Assembly (NCBI RefSeq): GCF_009914755.1
Contig: NC_060937.1
From: the human T2T-CHM13v2.0 reference genome, Homo sapiens
Direction: 5' to 3' (one strand)
Length of the DNA: 64,000 nt
Below the pieces are notes generated by a model. It had not been told where the DNA came from. It searched no databases and saw nothing but the letters and a program-made list of their open reading frames with translations. Shown one piece after another: positions 1 to 12,960 of this stretch. The translations under genes were made by a program, and so were the position numbers. Positions within the stretch are counted from its first letter, which is position 1. Each line of letters begins with the position of its first letter.

Positions 1-279
1 CATTATGTATAGACTTTAAACTGGACTCAGAGTCTTATAATGTAATAAACGAAATGTTGAGAGTATACAAATTTGCTCATTATATGAAGAACCAGGAAAA
101 TATCAACTCACATAGGAAAAATAAATAGGCTACAAACACCAAGATGACACAGATGCTATAAATATCTAATATTTTAAACCATTTTTTTAAATGCTTAAAT
201 GAGCAAAACAAATTATCTTGAATCAAACGTTACAATAGAAGATATAAAGAAAAATCAGATGTTCAAAGGGTCGAAAATT

Positions 280-500
280 TTAGTTAGACTGGAAGAGTAA
301 TTTCAAGAAATCTATTGCACAACATGGTGACTAGAGTTAATAACAATGTATTGTATACTTGAAAATTGCTGAAAGAGTAGATTTTAAGTGTTCTCATAAT
401 AAAAAAAGTAAGTATGTGAGGTAATGTATGCATTAAATAGTTTGATTTAGTTATTCCACAATGTATAGGTATTTCAAACATTATGTTGAACATCATATAT
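280..500 (+). mobile_element. L1MA/L1MB-type 3'UTR fragment
   Basis: gatctattgcacaacatggtgact-like start, gaaaattgctgaaagagtagattttaagtgttctca and tattccacaatgtata match the old L1 3' end; followed by a (TA)/(TG) tract to ~580. Confidence 0.8.
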
Positions 501-974
501 ATGTGTGTGTATGTACAACATATATATGTATTTCTACATATATTTATATAAACCATGTGTGTGTGTATGTATGTGTGTATAAACACCTAAAGTTTCCAGG
601 TGACACAAAAGTGTAATGAAGCTAAGAATTCAGCTTTTAATAGTTCATAACTTGACTTTCACAGATACTCGATTTAAGAAGAAAGGGCCCAGCAATTTGC
701 AAAACCTGTATTTTCTGTTTTACTCAATTAGAAAAACCATGAGAATTCTTCCTTGAACCTAAAAATTTTGTTCTTTAAATGCACAAAATATAAGCAGACA
801 TAAACACTGGCATCAAAAAATTTAAAAAAGATGAAAATTTTAAAAACTGAAAAGCTCTAAATTTAAAATTAAATATAGATCAATAGAGATTGATCAAATT
901 GAAAAACTGAGAGAAAATAATGTGAAAGGCAAAGAAATATACATATATTTATAAGTAAATATACATATATACAT

Positions 975-1920
975 AAGTTGAATTTCATTGAAATTATAAA
1001 TTTTTGTGTGTCAAGGAATACTACCAAGAGAGTAAAAAGGCAATTCAAATATTAAAAGGAAATATTTGCAAGTCATAATATAATAAGAGTCCATTATACA
1101 GAATTATAGTCCATTATACAGAATTAAGAATTCTTACAGCTAAACAACAAAAAAACTATCCAATTTTTTTTGAAAAAGGCAAAGTGCTTAAATAGTTGTT
1201 TCTTCTGCAGATAATCAATAAAAATATGAAAAGATATCAATGTTAATAGCCATTAGTGAAATCTAAATCAAAACCACAATAAAGACATCACTTAATGCCC
1301 ACTTGGAAGGCTATCATTGTTAAAAAGAAAAAAAAAATTTTGAGACAGAGTCTCACTGTTGCCCAGGCTAGAGTGCAATGGCATGATCATGGCTCACTGA
1401 TGCTTCAACCTCCAGAGCCCAAGTGATCCTCCTATCTCAGCCTCCTACATAGCTAGGAACACAGGCATGCACCACCATGCCCAGCTAATTTTTAAAATTT
1501 TTTAGAGATGGAGTCTCCCTGTGTTGCCCAGTCTGGTCTCAGACTCCTAGGCTCAAGTGATCCTCTCACCTTGGCCTCCCAAATTTCTGGGATTACAGGC
1601 ATGAGCCACTGTGCCTGGCAAAAAAGAATAAAAAAAAAGAAAATATTTATGAAGATATATAGAGAAATTGAACCATTATACATTACAGGTGGAAATGTGA
1701 AATGATGCATTTATTCTGGAAGCAGTTTGGCAACTCCTCAATAAACTAAACATAAAATTATTATATGAGCCAGCATTCGTACTACTAGATATATATTCAA
1801 AATAATTGAAAGCAGGGGAAAAAATTAAAACTGGTGCATGCATATTGACAACTATTTATTATAGTTAAAAGGTTAAAATATTCATGAATGAGTAAACGAA
1901 TTGTGATATAGTGCAATGCA
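975..1920 (+). mobile_element. Old L1M ORF2 3' fragment, split by an AluJ
   Basis: aaatcaaaaccacaataagacatcac...; ggtggaaatgtgaaatg...ctggaagcagtttggcaactcctcaa are L1 ORF2 C-terminal motifs. Confidence 0.75.
1338..1619 (-). mobile_element. AluJ
   Basis: Full dimer in antisense (gagacagagtctcactgttgcccaggct...gagccactgtgcctggc) with J-type ggctcaagtgatcctc; tail nearly absent. Confidence 0.92.
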
Positions 1921-2265
1921 ACCTAGAAAGTAGAATCTTTTTAACAAATCATGTTGGCAATTGGGTCATTCATATGTAAAAACAAAACAAAATGAACAAA
2001 CAAATAAGCAAGCAAAAAATGTTTATCTGATCCACACACATTCAAAATAAATTAAAGCAAAATTTATCACACGTAGTTGTAAAAAACCTACAGGTTTTTA
2101 ATTCAATATAAAAATCTATAGGTTTTAATTCGGATAATTCTTTATAAAGTGAGAGGTTTTAAAAAAGGAAAAATCGTGAATAACAAATAGGCTTTTGTTC
2201 ATTGAAAGACCTAATGTAATAGAATCTTGGATATTGGAACTATTAGCTCTAGAAATGGACCAAAT

Positions 2266-2392
2266 CATTAGCCTGGTGTGGTGGCACGTGCCTATAGTTC
2301 TAGCTAGTGGGAGACTTAGGTAGGAGGATTCCTTGAGTCCAAGAGTTGGGGGCAGCACCAGACCCTGTCTTAAAAGGAAAAAAAAAAAAAAA
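2266..2392 (+). mobile_element. Free Alu monomer (FLAM/FRAM-like)
   Basis: gcctggtgtggtggcacgtgcctatagttctagcta...ggaggattccttgagtccaagagtt...agaccctgtct followed by an A tail. Confidence 0.8.
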
Positions 2393-3279
2393 GGAGCCAA
2401 ATAAACTTTTCAATTGTAAAAGAAGGGAAATCTAAAAATATAGGTGCCTGTAGAGATAAGTTACTGTTTGGTTGGTGAGAGAACTGAGTTCTTACCTGAT
2501 TGATTCTGTTTTGTGGGTAAAGTAAGACATAAGTCAGCTGAGAAGTTTAAAGATTTCAGAAAAGATTTGAAATAGCTAACAAGAAAAAAGAAAAATGAGA
2601 GCTAAGTAAGAAAATATGTAAGGATTACTGAGCTTGTTTAAAAAGGCCCAGAAGATTTTCTCAATCAGGAAACAGGCTTTTGCAGTAAGAAGACAATTTC
2701 TCTTAAGGAAATATTCAGTTTTATTTTTATAATAGTAATTATTGACAACTAGTTTGTTAAGAAAATCATAATGTATCAATATAAAAAAATAGAATATTTC
2801 AGCATGTAATAATCACATATTAAGATATTTGATGTCATAATACAATATTAAAAAATAGTCCCAATACTTTCTATATGATATGATTCCAATTAAAAATGGA
2901 AAAAAATGTATGGAGGAAAAACCACATGAATACATATCAAATACTTGACAGTATTTCTCTCCATTAGGGTATAAACTCCAATGAAGGCAGAGATTTATTT
3001 TTTCCATAAAGACATGCCCATAAAGACATTTAATACAGAACTAGGCATATGCTACAAATGAATATTAGCTAAGTGACATGAATTCATTCTAAATTAATGG
3101 TACATATTTAAGGTATATAATTCCAATGAGTTTGAGGATAAGTATACACCTGTGAAACCACTACCATCATCAAGGCCATAAACATATCACCTCCAAAAGT
3201 TTCCTCACAGCCTCTTCATTATTAATATCATTATTATTGTGTGTGTGTGTCTGTGTTTGTGTGTGTGTGTTAAGAATGC

Positions 3280-3556
3280 TGTATTTGTCAGGGTTCTGTA
3301 AGGGGGCAGAAGGAATAAGATATATGTGTATATGAAGGGGAGTTTATTAAAGAGAATTGACTTACATGATCACAAGGTGAAGTCCCACAATAGACTATCT
3401 GCAAGCTGAGGAACAAGAAAGCCAGTCCAAGTCCCAGAACCTCACAAGTAGGGAAGCCGACAGTGCAGCTTTCACTCTGTAGCCGAAGGCCCAATAGTCC
3501 CTGGCAAACCACTGGTACAAGTCCAGGAGTCCAAAAGCTGAACTTGGAGTCTGATG
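3280..3556 (-). mobile_element. MLT2A/B (ERVL) LTR, 3' part only
   Basis: tgtatttgtcagggttct...gtcccacaatagactatctgcaagctgagg...aaaagctgaacttggagtctgatgt. Confidence 0.85.
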
Positions 3557-4273
3557 TAGAGTTTGCACTTTCTCTCCCTTTCTGTGTGAGTTTTCTCCAG
3601 ATGATCTGGTTTCCTCCCACATCCCAAAGATGTACACGTGAGTTGAATTATCATGTCTACATTTGTACCTGCATGAGTGAGTGTGGGTGTGTGTGTGAGT
3701 GCACCCTGTAATGAGGTGGCATCCTGTCCAGGGCTGGTTCCACTAGGAACGCAGAGCTACCTGAATGGGCTATGGCCACCCAGGACCCTTAACTGGAATA
3801 AGCAGGTTGGAAAATCAATGAATGAATGCATACAAATGCATGACAATAAACAATGCAGCATAAAAGTGCTCAGTGAGTCTGCTCTATTTCTGATTGTTTA
3901 ACTTTGTGGTAATAAGAGGCGCTCCTTACAATTTTTGTTTTGCCAACATGTATCCCTTTATTTAATCCACCACCACTGCAACTGCCATTGCTTGCTGATT
4001 CACCAAAAATTTTGTACATAATTATCTTCCTTGTTTTTATTACTCTTCCTTACATAAATATATAGCTCACATTTATTTCAATGTTTAATATTAAAGTGTT
4101 TTGAGTCTTTATTTAGAAGATTGGTGATGTTTTTGTGACCACAAATATGTGCTAGCCACTTAACTCTTGTTTATATCAATTAGCCTATGGTAAAATTGGT
4201 TTTCTTCTATGTCATTTTGCTTGAAGTTGCAGTTTTTAACAACGCACTGACAGCATTAAATGAGGACTTACTA
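3553..4273 (+). mobile_element. MER6 (TcMar-Tigger) lacking its left end
   Basis: gagtttgcac...ggtttcctcccacatcccaaagatgt...ggaataagcaggttggaaaatcaatgaatgaatg; ends in right TIR tgaggacttact + TA. Confidence 0.88.
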
Positions 4274-5255
4274 TACAATACAGTATTGTTAGCTCTGGGC
4301 ATTATGCAATAGTAGGTATCCAGAACTTATCTTCCATAACTGAAACTATGTAACTTTTGACTATCATCTCCCCCTTTTCCCCTCCTTCCAGCCTCTGTCA
4401 AGCAGCATTCTGCTCCCTGTCTCTATGCAACTATTTCAGATTTCACATATAAGTGAGATTATACAGTATTTATCTTTCTGTGTCTGGCTTATTTCACTAT
4501 TGAAATATCTTTGAGATTAAATGAATAAATGTATCTATGTACAAGGAAATTGTTTGTATTTTTCAATTATTCTTATGTAATAATGTTTTAATAACCATGT
4601 CCAATGCACTTTTTTCTATTATAATAAACAAATATTGGTGAGTAGCAAAAAGTGCAAAGTTGAAATTTATATTTCTTGATTGTTAGAGATAACAAATGCC
4701 AAGGTTCCTAAGACATGACACTTAAAAACATAGTTTAGAAGAGAAATATTAAAAAGTTTTGATATAAACATATGGATTGGTGTGAGCTACACACTAACAC
4801 TGAGAAAATTATAGTTAATGGGTCAGCAAAGCAAATGTCATTTGCAGGTATTGTTTTATTCACAGAATTAGAAAATAACTTAGACCAGGGAAACCGTTAG
4901 TTTACAAAATACAAAAATACGAAAACCATAAACTCCTCCTCTGCTTATGATGCTTACATCAAGGAACTTTGTTTCTGAACAATTTATTCAAATTTATAAA
5001 TGTGAGAAAGTTATTAAATAAATTTTAGTGTTTTCTTCTATGTTTTATGTTCCAAGATAAGATTACATTTAAGAATGTAGTAGTTTCACAACTCAAAATC
5101 TACGTTTCCCATTAAAAATGTACTTGGGTGATTTTTGATAATGTTTTTATTTTCTTAATAAAGTTTTATCCTTGAAAGTGCATAATTTATTTCAGACATG
5201 TTATGATATATCACCAATCTTATTTTAAAATATGCTTAAAGATTAAATAATTACT

Positions 5256-5560
<305 letters not shown>

Positions 5561-6149
5561 TTAATTAATTACCTGATTAAATTGACTTTCTTTTTCAAAA
5601 CTATAATATATAACTTTCTGCTCTACTAGGTGTTTTATAATTTTAAACAATTTTACTCCTTAATAATTAAGCTGCGTTATCATCTAATTTAATTTGTGCA
5701 TGTAGTTTTAAATATTTTGATACAATGATGGTGGCATCATTTGCAGAGTTAAGTATATGTCACATTTTACATTATTGTAATATGTATAAAATTTACTTTA
5801 GTCTAACAAATCATTTTTATTAACTTTTTTAACCAAAAAAATCAATAGAATTTAAAAATGTTATAAATAAATTATCTTAAATAAAATTTTCATTCATAAC
5901 CGAAGGAGAAAATTTTCAAAAGTCATCCATGACTTGATTCCTCTAATGGATAATGCTAAATTTAACTCAGAATTCTGAAAACTATATGAACTGTTTTAGA
6001 GCAAGATAATTTAATATATGGTATCGTAGTCCCTTTAAAAGTCTAGTAAAATCCTTGAATGTCTCTTTTCTCATTCCTTTTCCCTTACCAGCTTTACAAA
6101 ATGGTTACATAGTTAAACAATACCAAGGCAGTCAAATAAGTCATTGTAT

Positions 6150-6560
6150 TTAATTATTCATTAGATATTTATGGAACACTATTATGTGTCAGCAATGTGA
6201 TAGGCATTAAGAAAAAGTCAAAGACGAGTAAGTCATGCTCTTTGCCCTTGACATGTATTCAATCTCACAGGTAAGAAAAGTACATGATGAAGAAGAACAA
6301 TCCACTGTAATGAGTACTGGAAAAAGGACAAAGGAAAAATAGTTTTAACATCAAGGGCAGCGTCTTCAGATGAGCAGGGATAAAAGCTTTGACAAAAAAA
6401 TATTTATGCTTATCTATGAAGGATCACCATCTCAGTCTGAGAGAAAGGAGAAATGCAATTATGGTCAGAGGCAAAAAGAACACTGACATACGAGGAAGAA
6501 AAAGCATTCTTCAGGAAAGGTCCCTATGTATCTGAAGTGAGGTAGAGTGAAATGAGTAGT
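6150..6560 (-). mobile_element. L2 3' fragment
   Basis: ttcattagatatttatggaacactattatgtgtcagcaatgtgataggcatt resembles the antisense L2 3' end. Confidence 0.6.
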
Positions 6561-6599
6561 CATGATACAGATGAATATGCATGGTCTGTGACCCCTGTG

Positions 6600-6716
6600 T
6601 AGTTGACTCACATTATTAACCAAACCAGTGGGAGTGAAAGACAGTGTTATTAATAATTATAAGGCAGTGGCATGAACTGAGACTGCCCCAGGGGGACTGT
6701 GTCCTGTAATCACCCT
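6600..6716. mobile_element. MER81-like hAT MITE
   Basis: ccaaacc...gagtgaaag...tattaataatta...gactgcccc...tcaccctg fits the recalled MER81 consensus. Confidence 0.55.
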
Positions 6717-7109
6717 GGCTAAATGTCACATAAATGGAATGTTTTAATTCTGTAGACAAGGTACAAACAGCACATTTTTACCCAAGGAAGTCATATGGCA
6801 AGGTATAATTTCAAGTAATAGAGCAAATGCCTATGATGGGGAGGAGAGTTTAGAAGCCATTTGAATTATTTAGATCTTGTATACATTGACAACAAACACA
6901 CACACACACACTCACTGTACCCATATACATAACACACAACTCAAAAAAAAAGAGTTGTAACCTTTTTTAATTTGCTGATCTCATCACAGTCATTCAAGTA
7001 ATAAATAACTACTGTCCTAATTTTGGTGAATGTCATGAAAATAGTACTAAAATATAGGCAAGAAAATTTCTAAATTATAGGTCTATACGAGGCAGCACAT
7101 GCTTATACT

Positions 7110-7553
7110 GACAATCTTCTCCTGAAAGTTGCTGTACTAATCTCCATTCCTAATACTAACATATTCACATTCCAGTCATTTTACATCTTGCTAGCACTGT
7201 TATCACTCACTTTATTTTTAGCCATTAAAGTTGGTGTACAGTGGTATCTCAGTGTGGTTTTAATATGTATTGCCTTAATTACTAACCATGTAAAACTTTT
7301 TCCACATAATTATATCCACTTTATATATATGTATATTTGAAAAGTATTTACTTAAATATTGGTCCAGATTTTATTTATTGTATATTCTGAATACAAGTAC
7401 TTTGTTAGTATATAATTTAAAATATTACTCTCGATTTGTGACTTCCCTTTTCATTTTCTTAATGTCTCAAAAATAGTTTTAAATATCTAACAAAATGCAA
7501 TCTTTTTAAATGGTTATTCTTCACATCTGATAGATCTTTGCCTACTATAACAC
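7110..7553 (-). mobile_element. Old L1M ORF2 fragment, left part of the provirus host
   Basis: ttttagccatt...gtggtatctcagtgtggttttaatatgtatt; reads through the provirus as ctttgcctactataacac|aaagattttcct. Confidence 0.75.
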
Positions 7554-8087
7554 TGAGACAGGCAGGCAGGCTGGTTGATCCCCTATTTTAAGATGATTTG
7601 GAGGAAAAGGATTAAAGCCCTTCACTCAAGCTTAAGCTTATATAACTTTCAGCCAATCAGTAACAGAAGACCCAAGAGGATATTAACTTCAAACTCCTAT
7701 TTCAGGGGTTAGAAACTTCCCAAGAGCCCTGTAAACACAGATTTCCCTAAACTATAGGTAACCCTTCTTAATTTTAATGCTAAAAATCATGCCCCGGGTT
7801 GGATATTTATTCATAAAAAGCTAATGCTACATATGATGTATGAAACATGTTGAGCCATGGCACAAAAACTAGAAAAACCCCTCCTATATATGCCCTGATG
7901 CAACCCTTCCCTATAGAAAGACCCTATACAACTAACCCATACACTACCCTCGGGGAGCAGCCCATTTCCTTTATCAGTGCTGGCTCCCTTGTACACAAGC
8001 TGAATAAACTTTCCTTTGCTGCTATGTTTGGTGAGCTTCCCTGATTTCTATCTGGAGAGACTATAAGAGTCTAGGGCTGTGGTAATG
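7554..8087 (+). mobile_element. 5' LTR
   Basis: Starts TG; aligns to 15194-15714; CCAAT 7653-7657, TATA-like ~7925, AATAAA 8003-8008. Confidence 0.95.
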
Positions 8088-8092
8088 TTTCC

Positions 8093-8110
8093 TGGCACCC
8101 CAGATGGAAC
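8093..8110 (+). promoter_or_regulatory. Primer-binding site, tRNA-Arg(CCT)
   Basis: TGGCACCCCAGATGGAAC matches 17/18 the complement of the recalled tRNA-Arg-CCT 3' end (TGGCACCCCAGATGGGAC), just after the LTR. Confidence 0.88.
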
Positions 8111-8222
8111 ACTTCTTTTAGGACCTTTTAGGGTAGTCAGTGTGACTGGCCAGAGGATGGAGGCAGCTGACAGGACATGAACAAAAGTGGCCATTCTGGA
8201 CTATTGTTTTTGCATTGGTGCC

Positions 8223-8231
8223 TTGGTGAGT
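8223..8231 (+). promoter_or_regulatory. Probable major splice donor of the provirus
   Basis: TTG|GTGAGT about 115 nt after the PBS, the usual position. Confidence 0.6.
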
Positions 8232-9071
8232 CAGGTCTGGACTCTAGGTGGGTCCCTGTTCCCTTTCTTCTTCCCTCTATCTTCCCTCTTGTTTCTCCTT
8301 TCCATATTTTCCCTTCATCTTCTCCTTGTGATCTGTTTTGACTCCTGAGTCCTGGTGTTTAGTTAATTGACTCATGGAGCCTTGGTTTCAGTTTCTGTTT
8401 GGGCAAAAGGAGTGACTCCTGTTTACCTATCTTCTGTTCTGTTTAGGTGGCTGGAGTGACTCTGGCTCATTTATCTGGTATTGAACTGGGGAATTGTCCC
8501 CTGTTCCTGTACTAGCTAAAAAGCAGCTGGCAACCGGAAGTTGACCTTTTTTCTCCAACTTCGAAACCTCTTAGTAGTTACGTCAACTTTTGTCTTCTTT
8601 GTGGGGTCTATAAGTTTGCAATTTCTTTTGTCATTTGTCTAAGCAAAAATGTGTTTCCTCACTGTTCCTTGTTGCATGTGTGACATGACTTTTCACGATT
8701 CCCAGGAGAAGGAATTACTCACTAGGACAAATCACCACTTTCCTCTTTTTGTTTTTCTGGTCCATCACCTCATCCCTTGTTATAGAGTCTGTCAACGAAT
8801 GTGGAGTAAGGGTAAGTTCTACTTGGAGCTGGTACAAAATATGTAGTCTATTAGATTTTGAGGGTTGTCATCCAAAATTCAAGAGCTAGAGGCTCTCAAG
8901 CCCCCTCACTCAGATCCCCTTCCCTCATCCTCCCTGTCTTGTTTGGCCCTCATTAAGAAATTGAGGTGCTGGCTGAATGAGACCAGGAGGAGTAGTACAA
9001 CTGTAATAATTGTAAGAACTGGGGGCCCCACCCCTTGCCAGGCCCCTTGATTATAGGACGTGAGCTATATT

Positions 9072-10610
9072 ATGGAAAACACTACAAATGTTCCAAAAGA
9101 TTCCCCCATATAATGCATCCTCAGTAATTGGGGTCAATTTAATTTGGATAATCTAAAAAAGAAGCTGATGGTTCTCTGTCATGTTGCTTGGCCTCAGCAT
9201 CCCCTGTTGAAGCAAGAGAAATTGACCTAATAATGGATCTTTGTGTATTATACTATTTTACAATAAGATTTGTATTGCAGAAATCCTAATAAATGGATTG
9301 AAATGCTATATGTGCTGGCCTTTATGAAATTATACCAGGATCCCAGCTCTGAGACATTTACAGAGCCTGTGTGGCATCTCTTAAACAACAATTGAAAGAG
9401 GAGTCAATGTCTGCCTTAGACATTGACCCTCTAGATCCTATCTTCGTGATGCCTCTCCAGGGGCGGGCAGGAACAGCACTTCCTTTGCCATGGTGGGCTC
9501 TCATTCCTCCAGCCCTGAGCCTCTTCCATATCAAGCTGGGTCAGGGAAGTGTTCCCTTTTCACTCTCAAACAACCCCTGGTGCTATCTCCAATGGGGTCG
9601 CATTTGGGTTCCAAGCTGGCACTCTCCTTTACTTCCCCACCAGCCCAGGGCTGCTTTGCCCTCTGAGAACTAATGGATGGAATTGGAGAGATGGCTTGGG
9701 GGTACCCCCTTTCAATGATAAGTCAATGCAAGGAGTAGTGTAGCTGGTTGTTGGAAAATCCAGATATGTTTAGAATTGAATTTATTTAAGTTGGGTGTAA
9801 CCTTTTCCTTGACTTGCCACAATGTTGCAGTAGTTCTGAACCATTTTTGTATTCCTAATGAGAAGGCTCAGATCTTGAGAAAGGCCAGAGAACATGCAGA
9901 TGAGATTACTAGATCTGATCCTGGCCATGTCATTTACCAGGCATCTGATGAAGTGGTCCCAAAACAAAACCCCCAATGGGTTTATGAGGATAGAAGAAAC
10001 CAGTCAAGAATAGGTCATTTTCTCAATTGCATATCAGAGGGAATGAGAAGGTACCAAAAAAAGTGACTAAATTATGGCAAAGTGAACAAAATTACTCAGA
10101 AAAGGAATGAAAATCTGCCTATGTATTTTAATAGGCTCTTTGACCTTTCAGAAAGTATATTTATATATACGTAAAGCCTGATGAGGGTCAAACACTTCTG
10201 GCCCAGATATAACCCAAGCTGTGCCAGATATTTGGAGAAAGCTTCAGAAACTTAAAACTAACCCCCAGAACACAAAGGCAACATTAGTAGCAGAGGCCTT
10301 TGTGGTTTTTAACAATCATGAGTGGGACAACAAATAAAAGAAAGATGAAAGAATTAAAAAGAAGGCACAAATTCTGGCTGCCATAATTACAAGTCTGCCT
10401 TGAGGTGACCCTAGGCAACAGAAATACACCCAAACAGGGGCAACCAGACCTCCACCAGCTGCGATAGGACTGGGTGCAAACAATGTGCTTACTGTAAGAA
10501 GAAGGAGCACTGGAAAAGGGACTCCCCATCCCATCCAGGGAAGCTGAGAGAGAATGAAACTCCTCAACCCACTCCTCTTATTGCTAGATTCTTGGATGAG
10601 AAGGCTACCC
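9072..10610 (+). pseudogene. gag: gag remnant (MA-CA-NC) with stops and frameshifts
   Basis: MENTTNVPKDSPI*CILSNWGQF...CHVAWPQHPL; YTILQ*DLYC...KWIE; CA ORF 9776-10066; MHR ITQKRNENLPMYFNRL; zinc knuckle CAYCKKKEHWKRDS from 10484. Confidence 0.93.
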
Positions 10611-12960
10611 CCTCCTCCTGAGGGGGCCAAACTGCTTATCTGGCTGCAATCCTGAAGAGTTTCATTGCCATCACCACTGAGGAGCCTTGGGTCAACATTG
10701 AGGTTACAGGCAGAAAAATCTGGATTCTTATTGGATGCCAGGGCCACAGGCTATGTCCTGACCCAACCTATGGGACAACTCCAATGCCAGCTGAAGTGAT
10801 TGGAATGGAGGGTTCACCTTTCCTTTAACTTGTGAAATTGGATCTAAGGCAATTACTCATTCCTCCCTGAATGTCCCTGAGTGTTCTCTTCCTTTAATAG
10901 GTCATGATTTATTATCCAAGGTTGGAGCCTCAGTTTCCCTCCAGGGGAATCTCTTACAAGTCTCAGTCCCCCCTTGAGAAGGAGATCCATGTACTGGCCC
11001 TTTTGGTTACCCAAGATCAGAAGTTGCCCCCATCCTGGAAGACACAGTGGCTTGAGTGGCAAAGTTCATATGGAATAACAGTACTCTGGGACAAGCCATC
11101 AATGGAGAGCCTATTAACATAAAGCATTAGCCAGGCCTTCCCTACCCATGCAAGCACCAATACCCTTTGAGACCAGAAGCCCTACAGAAGATATGGCCCC
11201 TCCTGGAAAAATTTCTATTGTACAGGCTGACTCAGACTTGCCAGCCTTCTTGTAAAACTCCAATCCTGCCTGTGAAAAAAACACATGAGGAGTAGCACTT
11301 AGTTCAAGACCTTAGGGCAGTGAATGACTCAGTTTATTCTCATTTATCCTATGGTCCCTAATCCATACACTATCCTCTCCCAAATCCCTGGGTACACTTA
11401 GTTCTACACTGTGCTAGATCTAAAAGATGCTTTCTTTTGTATACCACTGCTTCCTAACTCCACCTACATGTTTGTCCTTTAATGGAAGGATCCAGAGATC
11501 CAGGAATCTTCACAGTATACCCGGATAGTGCTACTCTATGGGTTTCTGGATAGCCCCCACTCTTTGGGTGAGACTTGGCAAAAGACCTCGAGAACTTAAA
11601 CTTACAAGTGGAAATTTGCTGCAATACATGGACAGTTTGCTTATTGCTAATGAGGACTTCCATAGTTCTCAAGAAAATACCACTAAAGCTTTAAATTTCT
11701 TGGCTGAATGGGGCCATAATGTCATCTCCTCAAAGGCCCAGATTTCCCAGACACAGGTTTAATACTTAGGATTAATTCTTACCCAGGGAGCCAGGATGCT
11801 TGTCCCAGACCTAAAGCAGGCCATTGCTTCACTACCACATGGTACTAGAAGAGAGCTAAGGGGATTTCTGGGAATGGACAGGTTCTGCCATATTTAGATT
11901 ATAAACTTTGTCTTCATAGTCAACCCCCTTTATACGTCATTCAAGGATGGAGAAAGAGAAAGATTCTGCTGGGACAAGGTCTGACAGCAAGCATATGAAA
12001 ACCTAAAATCTGTGTTATGGTAGGCCCTGTCTTGGGACTCACAGATTTGTGGAAGCTTTTCTTCTTCATTGTACAAGGGAGGTCTGAGCAAGCCCTGGGA
12101 ATCCTAATTTAGAAGTTAGGGCCTATCCAAATGCCAGAGGCTTACTTTTCAAAGCAATTGAATTCAGTAGCCCCTAGGTAGCCCCACTGCCACACGGCAG
12201 TGGCAGGCCACCAGCCGCTTGGTCAGAGAGGTCTCCAAACTCACACTAGTTCATCCCCTTAAAGTTTACTCTCCTCATCCAGTCTGGAATATCTTTTATC
12301 ACCCAGATCACCAATGTGCTGTCTATCACTCTTGGCATTTATATACAAATTTCACTTGGCTTGGCTTCCTCAGTCCTCTGGGAAGGTTGACAATGAATCA
12401 AACACTTAAAAGAATCTTGGTTAAATTATGCCAAGAAGCCCAGGAATCATGGATTAAGCTTTTCCCTATTGCTTTACTAAGCATTAAGAGCTGCCTCAAG
12501 GGAAACTTAAAGCTCACCCCTTTGAAATAACCTGTGGGCAGCTTATTCTCAAAACAAGCTCTCTATTAGATGAAAACTTAAATCAAGCTCTAAAATACAT
12601 CATTAATTTGGGACAAGTTCAGCAGGCAATCATCCAATATGATAATAAAATATTGCCTCAGCCAGGTAAGGGAGTTTCAGATCATTTCCCTGTTAGCCCA
12701 GGTTCACAGGTCCTACTCAAGACATGGTAAAAAGAAAGTCCAGAGGATCAGTTAACTGAAAAATGGAAGGGTCCTTACCAGGTTGTCTTGGCCACTTTAA
12801 AATCCATAAAGTTGGAAGAACTTCACAGTTGAGTCCACCTCTCTAGAATAAAAACGTTTGCATCTCCCAATTAATAGGCCTGCTCAGAGGAAACAGCTTA
12901 CTCCTGTGGAAGACCTCAAGCACATAGTCAAGACACTGCCTCCAGGAGATAGCAATAAAG
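10611..12960 (+). pseudogene. pol: pro-pol remnant with internal deletion
   Basis: Protease EEPWVNIEV...FLLDARA; RT QYPLRPEA, TPILPVKK, LVQDLRAVN, VLDLKDAFFCIPL, LLQYMDS (11625-11636); IN PQSSGKV..MNQTLK and WKGPY (~12764). Confidence 0.95.

Larger units (their letters stand above)
3090..4510 (-). mobile_element. Old L1M 3'UTR, host of the MLT2/MER6 pieces (L1 parts ~3090-3279 and ~4274-4510)
   Basis: Antisense L1 3'UTR motifs on both sides: aacatatcacctccaaaagtttcctc and tacaatacagtattgttagct...ccagaacttatc...ataagtgagattatacagtattt. Confidence 0.75.

Noticed and set aside
1322-1650. Antisense AluJ flanked by A tracts with almost no T tail, suggesting an unusual insertion mechanism
   Set aside because: An ordinary TSD ending in TTT plus slippage of A runs explains it
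10316-10747. 143-aa antisense ORF in the provirus
   Set aside because: Shadow of gag/pro, non-ATG start, no recognisable motif; no basis for an antisense gene
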